From contig CAIOJG010000013.1 of NCBI GenBank assembly GCA_903858555.1, forward strand, positions 1-24,711: 24,711 nucleotides of DNA. The letters run 5' to 3'. The stretch is from Candidatus Magasanikiibacteriota bacterium (lineage in GTDB: Bacteria; Patescibacteriota; Patescibacteriia; Magasanikbacterales; GWA2-37-8). Under the pieces are notes generated by a model. It was not told the origin of the DNA. It searched no databases and was given only the letters and a program-made list of their open reading frames with translations. The translations under genes and the position numbers were made by a program. The stretch's first letter is position 1. Each line of letters opens with the position of its first letter. Shown piece after piece: positions 8,178 through 15,662 of the stretch.

Positions 8178-9140
8178 TTAAATTTTATAAATCAACAAAT
8201 CCAAACTCAACCCTAAGTCTGCCTGTCCGGTCTTCGCCTTAAAATCCATATCGAGCAGCTGATCATAAATATTGGTCAGCTGTTTTTTTGTGTATTTTTT
8301 CATGATGGTCAAATTTTTCTTCAAAACAAACGGATGCACACCAAGTTCTTTGGCCATTATATCGCTACTCATATTTTCAGCGGTTTCAAATAAACTACGA
8401 GCCGCCAATAAAATTCGAAATTGCCACACCACCAAACCAAAAATTTTAAAATCATCTTCACCTAGGCGACGCTGTTCTTCCAAAAGTTTATAGGCCTGTT
8501 TTTTATTTCCGGAAACAATCGCATCCACCATATTAAAGACGTTGTCATCCACTTTTTCATCCAAAAATAAATTTACTTGAATCATGCCAATCTCTTCGCT
8601 GCCAATATATGCCACCAACTGATCCATCAAAGAATTTAAAAACCAAACATCTTTACCGGCATTTTGTGCCAAATAATTCGCGGCGACCATAGAAATTTTA
8701 CCACCGCGTTTTTTTATCTCGGTAACAATCCAAGCCGACAAAGCCGAACCTTCGAGCGCATTAAATTCTTGATTGTATTTTTCTTTTTTCAAGATTGCGT
8801 CCAACTCTTTTACTTCTTTTACCTTGCCAAGTTTTTCTCCTTGCCAAAAAATTATGATGTTACTTTCCGGGATTTTTTTATCGCTTATTTTTTCACAAAT
8901 ATCACTCAAAAAATCTTTATCCGAAATAGACAAAATATTTTCCACCACAATCATACGTTTTTCCGCCAAAAAAGGCATGGAAAAAATCTCGGTCAAAATC
9001 TTCCCTGGTTCAGATTTTTGAGCGTCCAAAAATACCACGTTGTACCCCTGTGGATCACGTGCTTGTTTAAATTTCTCCACCTGCTCATTTAAATATTGTC
9101 GGCTACGAAACGTATCTTCGCCGTAGATGTATATCACCAT
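8178..9140 (-). CDS. holA: DNA polymerase III subunit delta
   Basis: IYIYGED-x-F, MPFLAEKRMIVV, VFNMVDAI, ELGVHPFV, D-x-x-x-KTG. Confidence 0.92.
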   Translation of the reverse strand: MVIYIYGEDTFRSRQYLNEQVEKFKQARDPQGYNVVFLDAQKSEPGKILTEIFSMPFLAEKRMIVVENILSISDKDFLSDICEKISDKKIPESNIIIFWQGEKLGKVKEVKELDAILKKEKYNQEFNALEGSALSAWIVTEIKKRGGKISMVAANYLAQNAGKDVWFLNSLMDQLVAYIGSEEIGMIQVNLFLDEKVDDNVFNMVDAIVSGNKKQAYKLLEEQRRLGEDDFKIFGLVVWQFRILLAARSLFETAENMSSDIMAKELGVHPFVLKKNLTIMKKYTKKQLTNIYDQLLDMDFKAKTGQADLGLSLDLLIYKI

Positions 9141-9182
9141 AGTAGCCCCATTGTAATACTTTTAACACTTTCAATCAACTGG

Positions 9183-10718
9183 CTATTTTCTCTCCCACAA
9201 TTCGTCAAAATAATCACTATAACTTTGCACTAAAGTTTTGTTGGTTGAACAAAAAATAATTGGCTCTTTTTCAGCCCAATTAACAATTAAAACCTTGCTG
9301 CCAAACAACCAAATTACTATAGGATTTTTAGTTTTAGGTAAATTGTATTTTGTTTGAGCCCAAGGAAATTTAGTTATCGGATGTCCTTTTACATTTTCTT
9401 CTACCACATTTTTCCAGACTACTCCCTTGGTTTTTCTGGCTTTTATCTCTATCTCTTTAAACAATTCTGGAAAAGCATCCATAAAATATCCACGTGCGCC
9501 AATCCAGCGCATCTCTTTACAATCCACACCCTCCAACCACAAATCTTTCAACGCCTCCCTACCTTTTAAAATCTGAGTCTCTTGATTCCATTGTGAATCA
9601 AAATAGTTCTTAAACACCTGAGCAATTTCCGGTCTTTTAAAACTAATAACAGCCGGATCGTCTCCATAAACTATAAAGAAAGTTTTATCTTTATAAATAT
9701 TTATCTGCATCGGAATCGGCGGTGCGGAAATAAATTCTTTAGCGTGGCTAACTTTTAAATCCGGATCACCGCTATAAGCAAATCTGTCCATTATTTTTTT
9801 AAAACCATCTTTGTACGCCAACATATTTACCACCACTCCTTTTTTTATTCTATCGCCGTGATAACGATCATAAATTTTTTGTACTCGTTCATCACCTTGG
9901 CCAACCGAAGCGCCCAGTACAAAATATTCTTCGCCAGATTTTAATTCCGATAACATTGCATAAATATTCTTCTCTAAAGCCCCAAAGCCATTCTCCACCG
10001 TTACTTCCTGATTCCAAAAATAATTAAAAAACTGTTTAAAAGCCGCGACCGCTTCTTTGCTGCGCAAACCAAAAGTGAGTGGGTCGTCACCGGGAATTCC
10101 AATCTCTAAATAATCCTTGATAAAAGCAAACCATACTGGAAAATCAATTTGTACTGGTAAATATTTTGCTTCACTTAATTTTAATGTATTGCGCCATTCC
10201 AGATCGGCCTGGTTTACACCACTCTCATACATCATCTTAAAATTAATCCCTTGCTTTTCTCTCTTGAGATGAAACTGACGCCAATATCTTTCCATTTCCG
10301 GAGTAGAACTTGCTTGCGAACCAAGCACATACAAAGTTTCACCTGCATCATATTGCAGCGCACGATTGCGACTGCGCTTAATTCCTTCTTCTCCTTCATA
10401 TACCACAATATCACGCACCACTTCGTTTTTCTTTTTTAATGTATCTACAATTTCTTGGGCAATATTTTTTTGTTCTTCCACCATGCTTAAAATTAATTCT
10501 GGACTATTTACAAAAAAAGTTGCTATGCCATTTTTTAAAACTTTGGCCACCAAACCTTTATTCACTAACTCTTCCAAAGCAGTATAAACCAAATTACGAT
10601 GCAGGCCGGTATTTTCAATAATCTGACCGGCCTTACATTTACCAATATCAAACAAGGCCAAATACACTTTGATCTCATTTTTACTAAATCCAAGCTGTTT
10701 TAGTTGAATTTCTAACAT
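9183..10718 (-). CDS. TrmB-family regulator with three tandem C-terminal effector-like domains
   Basis: LGFS-x-NE-x-KVYLAL HTH, then three ~135-142 aa internal repeats each ending F/Y-x-x-F/Y-F-x-x-x-W. Confidence 0.85.
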   Translation of the reverse strand: MLEIQLKQLGFSKNEIKVYLALFDIGKCKAGQIIENTGLHRNLVYTALEELVNKGLVAKVLKNGIATFFVNSPELILSMVEEQKNIAQEIVDTLKKKNEVVRDIVVYEGEEGIKRSRNRALQYDAGETLYVLGSQASSTPEMERYWRQFHLKREKQGINFKMMYESGVNQADLEWRNTLKLSEAKYLPVQIDFPVWFAFIKDYLEIGIPGDDPLTFGLRSKEAVAAFKQFFNYFWNQEVTVENGFGALEKNIYAMLSELKSGEEYFVLGASVGQGDERVQKIYDRYHGDRIKKGVVVNMLAYKDGFKKIMDRFAYSGDPDLKVSHAKEFISAPPIPMQINIYKDKTFFIVYGDDPAVISFKRPEIAQVFKNYFDSQWNQETQILKGREALKDLWLEGVDCKEMRWIGARGYFMDAFPELFKEIEIKARKTKGVVWKNVVEENVKGHPITKFPWAQTKYNLPKTKNPIVIWLFGSKVLIVNWAEKEPIIFCSTNKTLVQSYSDYFDELWERK

Positions 10719-10744
10719 ATTGTCATAATTTTAGTGACAATATT

Positions 10745-10773
10745 AGTATACTAAGATTAGCCAAATTTGTCAA
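10745..10773 (-). promoter_or_regulatory. Sigma70 promoter of the long TrmB gene
   Basis: Minus strand TTGACA (10773-10768), N17, TATACT (10750-10745). Confidence 0.75.
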
Positions 10774-10835
10774 GATTTTTTAGATATATCAGGTTGTTTA
10801 TGACTCTATTTTAGCTAATATTAGCCAAGATATGC

Positions 10836-10864
10836 TTGACAAGTATATAAATATATGATAATCT
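10836..10864 (+). promoter_or_regulatory. Sigma70 promoter of the XRE/beta-barrel cassette
   Basis: TTGACA (10836-10841), N17, TAATCT (10859-10864) with TGn. Confidence 0.6.
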
Positions 10865-10918
10865 GATTAATCAGGGCAATTCGCCTTGGTGAAGTTCTTT
10901 AACAAACTAGGAGGTCAC

Positions 10919-11269
10919 ATGCTCACAAGCCACAAATTGACAGGGAAAAGCAAAGTTGAAATGACCCAAGCTAGGGAAAAGCTCGGATTGTCACAAAAAG
11001 AGCTGGGCAAAAAAGTTGGTGTTGCCCAAGCAACAATCCATGCTTATGAAAGTGGAAGACAAGTCCCAAGATTGTGTTACAGACACAAAGTTGAAGAGAT
11101 TCTCGGCATCAACCTGGAAGTTCAAGAGTTTCGTGGCGAAGAAATTGAATCAAAGACATTTAACACCCAAACCAACAAACTCCGCCTACTCATTGATTAC
11201 GTGTCCGAACATGGCCCAGAAAAGGCCAGAGAGCATCTGGAACTTGCAATCCAGATCCTCAGTGTCTAA
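10919..11269 (+). CDS. XRE/Cro-C1-type HTH regulator
   Basis: AREKLGLSQKELGKKVGVAQATIHAYESGRQVP is a classic HTH_3 pattern. ATG 10919 is preferred because GGAGGT lies at 10910-10915. Confidence 0.88.
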   Translation: MLTSHKLTGKSKVEMTQAREKLGLSQKELGKKVGVAQATIHAYESGRQVPRLCYRHKVEEILGINLEVQEFRGEEIESKTFNTQTNKLRLLIDYVSEHGPEKAREHLELAIQILSV

Positions 11270-11302
11270 AACATTCAACTGCAAACAACAATGGAGTCAA
11301 CC

Positions 11303-11800
11303 ATGTGTAAGTTCATCACTCTTTTCATCTCCACGGTTCTCACGCTGGCATCCATCCAGGCCTTCGCCGACACTCCGAGTGTGAGTATGGGCGTGGCCGA
11401 AGGCTACAGCGTGATTTTCAAAAATGGCATCAACTCGGGCACGGTCAACACGCGACTGTATGGCATCGTGAGCCAAAAAGTCGCCAACCGTCTGTCGCTG
11501 GGCGTGCTCTTTGGCGTGTTGACGGATAACACCGCCTTCAAACCGATGCCGCGTGTGGCGTTGTTGGCTACCGTATCCATCACCGACAAAAGCGGAATCG
11601 TGGTGGCTGGTATGTATCAGTTCAACTACGACTACGGTCACGGTGGATTGGCCAACACGCATTCATTGTCGCTGGGTGTTGGCCCCACTTACAAACTGTC
11701 CGACCAATTCTCGGCGGCACTGTTTGTGGTAGTGGCCAAAACTCTCGACGATGGCCCGTGGAGCGGCACCTTGCAACCGGCTGTGACCTACCGGTTCTGA
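11303..11800 (+). CDS. Secreted protein resembling an 8-stranded outer-membrane beta-barrel
   Basis: Sec signal ending A-F-A, about eight amphipathic strand-like segments, C-terminal Y-x-F. GGAG lies 6 nt before ATG 11303 (the track starts at 11291). GC-rich. Confidence 0.65.
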   Translation: MCKFITLFISTVLTLASIQAFADTPSVSMGVAEGYSVIFKNGINSGTVNTRLYGIVSQKVANRLSLGVLFGVLTDNTAFKPMPRVALLATVSITDKSGIVVAGMYQFNYDYGHGGLANTHSLSLGVGPTYKLSDQFSAALFVVVAKTLDDGPWSGTLQPAVTYRF

Positions 11801-11897
11801 CCCTCATTCCAGTTTGTGACCACTGGATAAACAAAAAGTCACGCGGCTGGTGGTGACCGCTTTTTCACCCCACCATTCTTGTTGAGCTCAAGAAGAC

Positions 11898-11935
11898 AAC
11901 AAAAAATCCACGGCACTTACCGCGGATTTTTTGTT
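11898..11935. terminator. Bidirectional terminator between the barrel gene and the toxin-antitoxin module
   Basis: aacaaaaaatccacgg-cactta-ccgcggattttttgtt, a 16-bp stem with one mismatch (G-U on the minus strand). Confidence 0.75.
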
Positions 11936-11941
11936 TAAAAT

Positions 11942-12097
11942 TTATTTATACAATTGACTATGTGTTCCAAGCATTATAAAAAATACAATGTCGCCGTTTT
12001 CAATAAATATAACCAGTCTGTCTCTAAAAGCAATTTGAATCTTTCGTGGCGCCTTCCTTAGTTCTTTTACAAACCGACGCGAATATTCAATCTGCAT
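11942..12097 (-). pseudogene. YafQ/RelE-type toxin, apparently internally deleted in frame (51 aa)
   Basis: Translated by hand: MQIEYSRRFVKELRKAPRKIQIAFRDRLVIFIENGDIVFFIMLGTHSQLYK. It has the RelE-like N-terminus and YafQ-like GTHS-x-LY end, but lacks the central segment of ~90-aa family members. Starts 1 nt after the antitoxin stop. Confidence 0.75.
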
Positions 12098-12098
12098 A

Positions 12099-12392
12099 TT
12101 ATTTTTTATTTTTCTCAACAATCATTTTATCCACAAAATCCACAGCATCTTTTGGTTGTTTAAAAGAATAAACATTACCTTTTTTCCTTTCGTCTTGCGC
12201 CTCTTTCAGAGCAGACAATAATAACTCTGACGGTTCACTAAATTTTGTACTTACAAAAATAGTTTGACTACGAACAAACTGACGGAGATAACTATTGATA
12301 ACTCCACTCAAACTTAACCCTAAATCTTCAGCAGTTTTTTGAGCTGCTTTTTTTATTTTAGAGTCGGTTTTAATATTTATTACTGTATTCAT
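12099..12392 (-). CDS. RelB/DinJ-family antitoxin (ribbon-helix-helix)
   Basis: INIKTD-x-x-IK-x-x-A-x-x-x-AEDLGLSLS-x-x-IN-x-YLRQF; upstream of a toxin-like ORF; palindromic operator. Confidence 0.85.
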   Translation of the reverse strand: MNTVINIKTDSKIKKAAQKTAEDLGLSLSGVINSYLRQFVRSQTIFVSTKFSEPSELLLSALKEAQDERKKGNVYSFKQPKDAVDFVDKMIVEKNKK

Positions 12393-12406
12393 AATAATGT
12401 ATAATT

Positions 12407-12447
12407 AAGTATGTACTTAGTATATATTAAGTACATACTTTTGTCAA
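12407..12447 (-). promoter_or_regulatory. Toxin-antitoxin promoter with overlapping 13-bp inverted-repeat operator
   Basis: Minus strand TTGACA (12447-12442), N17, TATACT (12424-12419); perfect IR aagtatgtactta (12407-12419) / taagtacatactt (12428-12440). Confidence 0.8.
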
Positions 12448-12519
12448 CGTTTAGTTGTCATCTAGTTTACAACTTTTTTGAGAGTGTCAATTTTAAAAGT
12501 TGACAACCGAATGACAACC

Positions 12520-12637
12520 AAATTTAAAAAAGACAACAATAATTACCTTTGAGCGGGTTTTGAGCCCGCAGGCGATATCCTGAGGCCTCGCGGCCGAGGA
12601 GAGCAAAAAGGTGATTATTGTTGTCTTTTTTAAATTT
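12520..12637 (+). repeat. Dispersed structured repeat, copy 2
   Basis: Arms 12520-12550 and 12607-12637 form 31 bp with a single U-G pair; 56-nt core 91% identical to copy 1. Confidence 0.9.
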
Positions 12638-12638
12638 T

Positions 12639-15308
12639 TTATTTCATCTCCCCCCAACTATGTCCAAAATTCACATCCACTCGAATTGGTACTTTTAATT
12701 TTACCACACCCTCCATCACTTCCTTTACCATCTCACCAAATTTCTTTTCTTTCCCTTTTGGCAACTCAAACACCAACTCATCATGCACCTGCAAAAGCAT
12801 TTTAGCATCAAAACTTTTTAATTCAGGCAATACTTCAATCATCGCCATCTTTATCAAATCCGCGGCCGTACCTTGAATCGGGTGGTTTATCGCCATACGT
12901 TCAGCCGCATTACGCAGTTGAAAATTTTGTGAGTTCAATTCTGGAATATAACGACGACGTCCAAATAAAGTTTCACAATAGCCTTCTTTTTTAGTAAAAG
13001 CAATAGTATCATCCAGATATTTTTTAACTCCACTAAATTGTTCAAAATATTTTTTAATAAAATCTTTGGCCTGCCAATGAGGAATCTCCGCGCGCCAACT
13101 CAAACCATAAGTCCCCATGCCGTAGAGCACCCCAAAATTTACTTCCTTAGCAGCCCGACGCATTTCCTTGGTCACTTCTTCGAGCGGCACACCATTGATG
13201 GCTGCCGCGGTGGCTTTATGAATATCCAAATCATTTTCAAAAATTTCCATCATGTTTTTATCTTGAGCCATGGAAGCCACAATGCGCAATTCAATCTGAG
13301 AATAATCCACACTCACCAAAGTATTACCTTCCTCTGCAATAAAAACTTTGCGCACCTCACGACCAAGCTCGGTACGAATCGGAATATTTTGCATGTTTGG
13401 ATCAGACGAAGATAAACGACCGGTCGCAGCCACCGCTTGATTAAAAGTAGTATGAATGCGCCCAGTTTTTTTATTGATCAAAGTTGGTAAAACATCCACG
13501 TAAGTATTTTGCAATTTGCTCAACTCACGGAAAGTTTCAATCTCGGCAATAATCGGATGCAAACCGTGCATTTTTTCGAGCTGTTCCGCTGAAGTGGACA
13601 AGCCGGTTTTACCTTTTTTAATTCCCTCAACAGGTATGTCTAATTTTTCAAATAATACTTCTCGCAGCTGTAGTGGTGAAGCAATATTAAATTCCATCCC
13701 TGCCAACTCATAAATCTTTTTAGAAACCTGAGCAATACTTTCGGCCACTTCTTTGGAAAGTTTTTGGAGCATTTCCAAATCCACCGCAATCCCGTTTAAC
13801 TCCATTTGCGCCAATACAATCAAAAGTGGCATTTCCAGTTTTTGCATCAAACCCAAATTATCTGTTTTGACCAATTCCGCTTTTATTTTTTCTACAGTTT
13901 GAGAAACCAAAAATAATTCTTGCGTTACCGCTTTCGTATCCACTCCAAATAAACTTTCTTGACCACTTCCCACAGCTAATTCTCTACCTAAAATTTTTAA
14001 AACTACACTGGCCGCATCATGAGCGCGTGTGCCAGGGTTAAGCAAATAAGACCCAATCATTACATCAAACAGTGGATTTTTAATTTTCAAATCTTTAGCA
14101 TTACAATAAATTGCTTTCACCAATTGTTTTAAATCATGCCCAATTAACTCAATTTTTTCCTCAGAAAAAATCGGCCAAAAATCGGCCACCAAACTATCTT
14201 TAATATAAAAACCAGCTTCGCCCACCACCACACTCAATCCGAGCAACTGGCTGGTAATAATATCCTTACCATTTAAAATTGCCCGACAGGAAAACTTTCC
14301 TTGATCTTTTATTTTTTGAAAAATTTCTTTTACTTCTTTTTTATCTTGAACTTCAGTAAAAATAAAATCCGATATTTTTTTATGTTTTACCGGCTTAGCC
14401 ACTTCCGCCGCTTCGACTTCGGCCCCAGGAATTCTTTTCAACAAAGAAACAAACTCAAACTTCTGAAATATTTTGACCACTTTTTCGCGATCATAATTTT
14501 CCAACACCGCATCCTCCAATTTAAAATTTAAATCTGCCACCGCGCAATCTATCGTTGCCAATTCGTAACTCATCGTTGCGCTTTCATGCCCCTCTACCAT
14601 TTTTTTCAAAACACTCGCGCTAAACAATTCACTTTTTTCTTTTTTACTTTCTTTTTCTACCACTTTATAAATCTCATCCAAATTTCCAAATTTCACTATC
14701 AGATCCGTCGCAGTCTTTTCACCAATCCCTGGCACGCCCGGAATATTATCTGAAGTATCACCACGCAAAGCTTTATAATCCACTACCAACTCCGGTCCAA
14801 AACCAAAACGTTTTTTCACTTCATCAATATCGTATATCACAATATCGTTCATACCTTTACGCAAAGTATAAACTTTTATTTTTTTATCCACGAGTTGCAA
14901 GGTATCCATATCGCCCGTCACAATATACACCTCGTCCACATCAGACTCAACCGTTTTCACCACCGTTCCAATCACATCATCAGCCTCAAAACCTTTTTTC
15001 TCAAAAATTGGAATATTAAAAGCCTCCACCAATTCATGCACCAAAGGAATTTGATCATAAAGTTCCTGATCCGCCTTCACGCGCGTTGCTTTATATTTAT
15101 CGTATTTTACATTGCGAAAAGTTCCACCGGCCACATCAAAACTAACACACATGTGCGTCGGCTTTAAATCTTTCCAAACTTTTAGCAACATCGAAGTAAA
15201 ACCATACACCGCATTCACCATTTTTCCGTCTTTGGTATGCATCGGTGGAATAGCGTGGTATCCGCGGTGAATGATAGCGTTACCGTCAATAATTACAAAT
15301 TTTTTCAT
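12639..15308 (-). CDS. polA: DNA polymerase I (3'-5' exonuclease motifs look degenerate)
   Basis: IDGNAIIHRGYHA and GD-x-SDNIPGVPGIGEKTA (5' nuclease); DYSQIELR, K-x-x-NFG-x-x-YG and QVHDEL polymerase motifs. Confidence 0.98.
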   Translation of the reverse strand: MKKFVIIDGNAIIHRGYHAIPPMHTKDGKMVNAVYGFTSMLLKVWKDLKPTHMCVSFDVAGGTFRNVKYDKYKATRVKADQELYDQIPLVHELVEAFNIPIFEKKGFEADDVIGTVVKTVESDVDEVYIVTGDMDTLQLVDKKIKVYTLRKGMNDIVIYDIDEVKKRFGFGPELVVDYKALRGDTSDNIPGVPGIGEKTATDLIVKFGNLDEIYKVVEKESKKEKSELFSASVLKKMVEGHESATMSYELATIDCAVADLNFKLEDAVLENYDREKVVKIFQKFEFVSLLKRIPGAEVEAAEVAKPVKHKKISDFIFTEVQDKKEVKEIFQKIKDQGKFSCRAILNGKDIITSQLLGLSVVVGEAGFYIKDSLVADFWPIFSEEKIELIGHDLKQLVKAIYCNAKDLKIKNPLFDVMIGSYLLNPGTRAHDAASVVLKILGRELAVGSGQESLFGVDTKAVTQELFLVSQTVEKIKAELVKTDNLGLMQKLEMPLLIVLAQMELNGIAVDLEMLQKLSKEVAESIAQVSKKIYELAGMEFNIASPLQLREVLFEKLDIPVEGIKKGKTGLSTSAEQLEKMHGLHPIIAEIETFRELSKLQNTYVDVLPTLINKKTGRIHTTFNQAVAATGRLSSSDPNMQNIPIRTELGREVRKVFIAEEGNTLVSVDYSQIELRIVASMAQDKNMMEIFENDLDIHKATAAAINGVPLEEVTKEMRRAAKEVNFGVLYGMGTYGLSWRAEIPHWQAKDFIKKYFEQFSGVKKYLDDTIAFTKKEGYCETLFGRRRYIPELNSQNFQLRNAAERMAINHPIQGTAADLIKMAMIEVLPELKSFDAKMLLQVHDELVFELPKGKEKKFGEMVKEVMEGVVKLKVPIRVDVNFGHSWGEMK

Positions 15309-15325
15309 AAAAAATATTTGTTCTT

Positions 15326-15354
15326 ATTTTACCCTTAAACTTATTTTTAAGCAA
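15326..15354 (-). promoter_or_regulatory. Candidate polA promoter
   Basis: Minus strand TTGCTT (15354-15349), N17, TAAAAT (15331-15326). Confidence 0.55.
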
Positions 15355-15389
15355 TAAAAAAACACTGAACAACAGTGCTGGGGCGGAGC

Positions 15390-15424
15390 GACACAAGGGC
15401 GGATTCTAGCTCCGCCCTTGTGTC
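15390..15424. other. Perfect 14-bp GC-rich hairpin downstream of the 49-aa ORF
   Basis: gacacaagggcgga-ttctagc-tccgcccttgtgtc. A second small hairpin cactg/cagtg plus a minus-strand U-tract lies at 15356-15377. Confidence 0.7.
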
Positions 15425-15442
15425 AATCAATCTTTCTGTGGA

Positions 15443-15592
15443 TCAACGGCGTTGATGCGTCGGCGAACACCGCTTGCGCTTGCGCCGACCACGCTCAATG
15501 TTCTTGTGCAACTCTTTGCGTTTTTCTTGCTGACGCCTCCGCGCATGTTCACGTGGACTAAAATCAACCTCTTTCGTCGACTGTTCGGCCAT
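15443..15592 (-). CDS. Small Arg/Lys-rich hypothetical protein (49 aa; not in ORF track)
   Basis: MAEQSTKEVDFSPREHARRRQQEKRKELHKNIERGRRKRKRCSPTHQRR. GGAGGT lies 5 nt before the ATG; promoter upstream, hairpins downstream. Confidence 0.6.
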   Translation of the reverse strand: MAEQSTKEVDFSPREHARRRQQEKRKELHKNIERGRRKRKRCSPTHQRR

Positions 15593-15662
15593 GAGACACC
15601 TCCAGAATGATCAAGACGACCGATCACGACAGCCTTGTTGCTGTCGAGATAAATACCCAAAA

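Noticed and set aside
11016-11834. Track ORFs 11016-11384, 11297-11662, 11404-11589 and 11622-11834
   Set aside because: Alternative or antisense frames over the XRE and barrel genes; open frames are expected in GC-rich DNA.
12551-12606. Repeat core as a hammerhead or HDV-like ribozyme
   Set aside because: CUGAGGC does not match CUGANGA. The minus-strand CUCCUCG resembles HDV L3, but I could not build P1/P1.1. Needs Infernal to exclude fully.
12609-12805. Track ORF 12611-12805 (+)
   Set aside because: It starts within the repeat's right arm and runs antisense to the polA 3' end; no SD or motifs.
15356-15424. Attenuator controlling polA
   Set aside because: polA has its own candidate promoter (15354-15326) downstream of the hairpins, so read-through control is not required.
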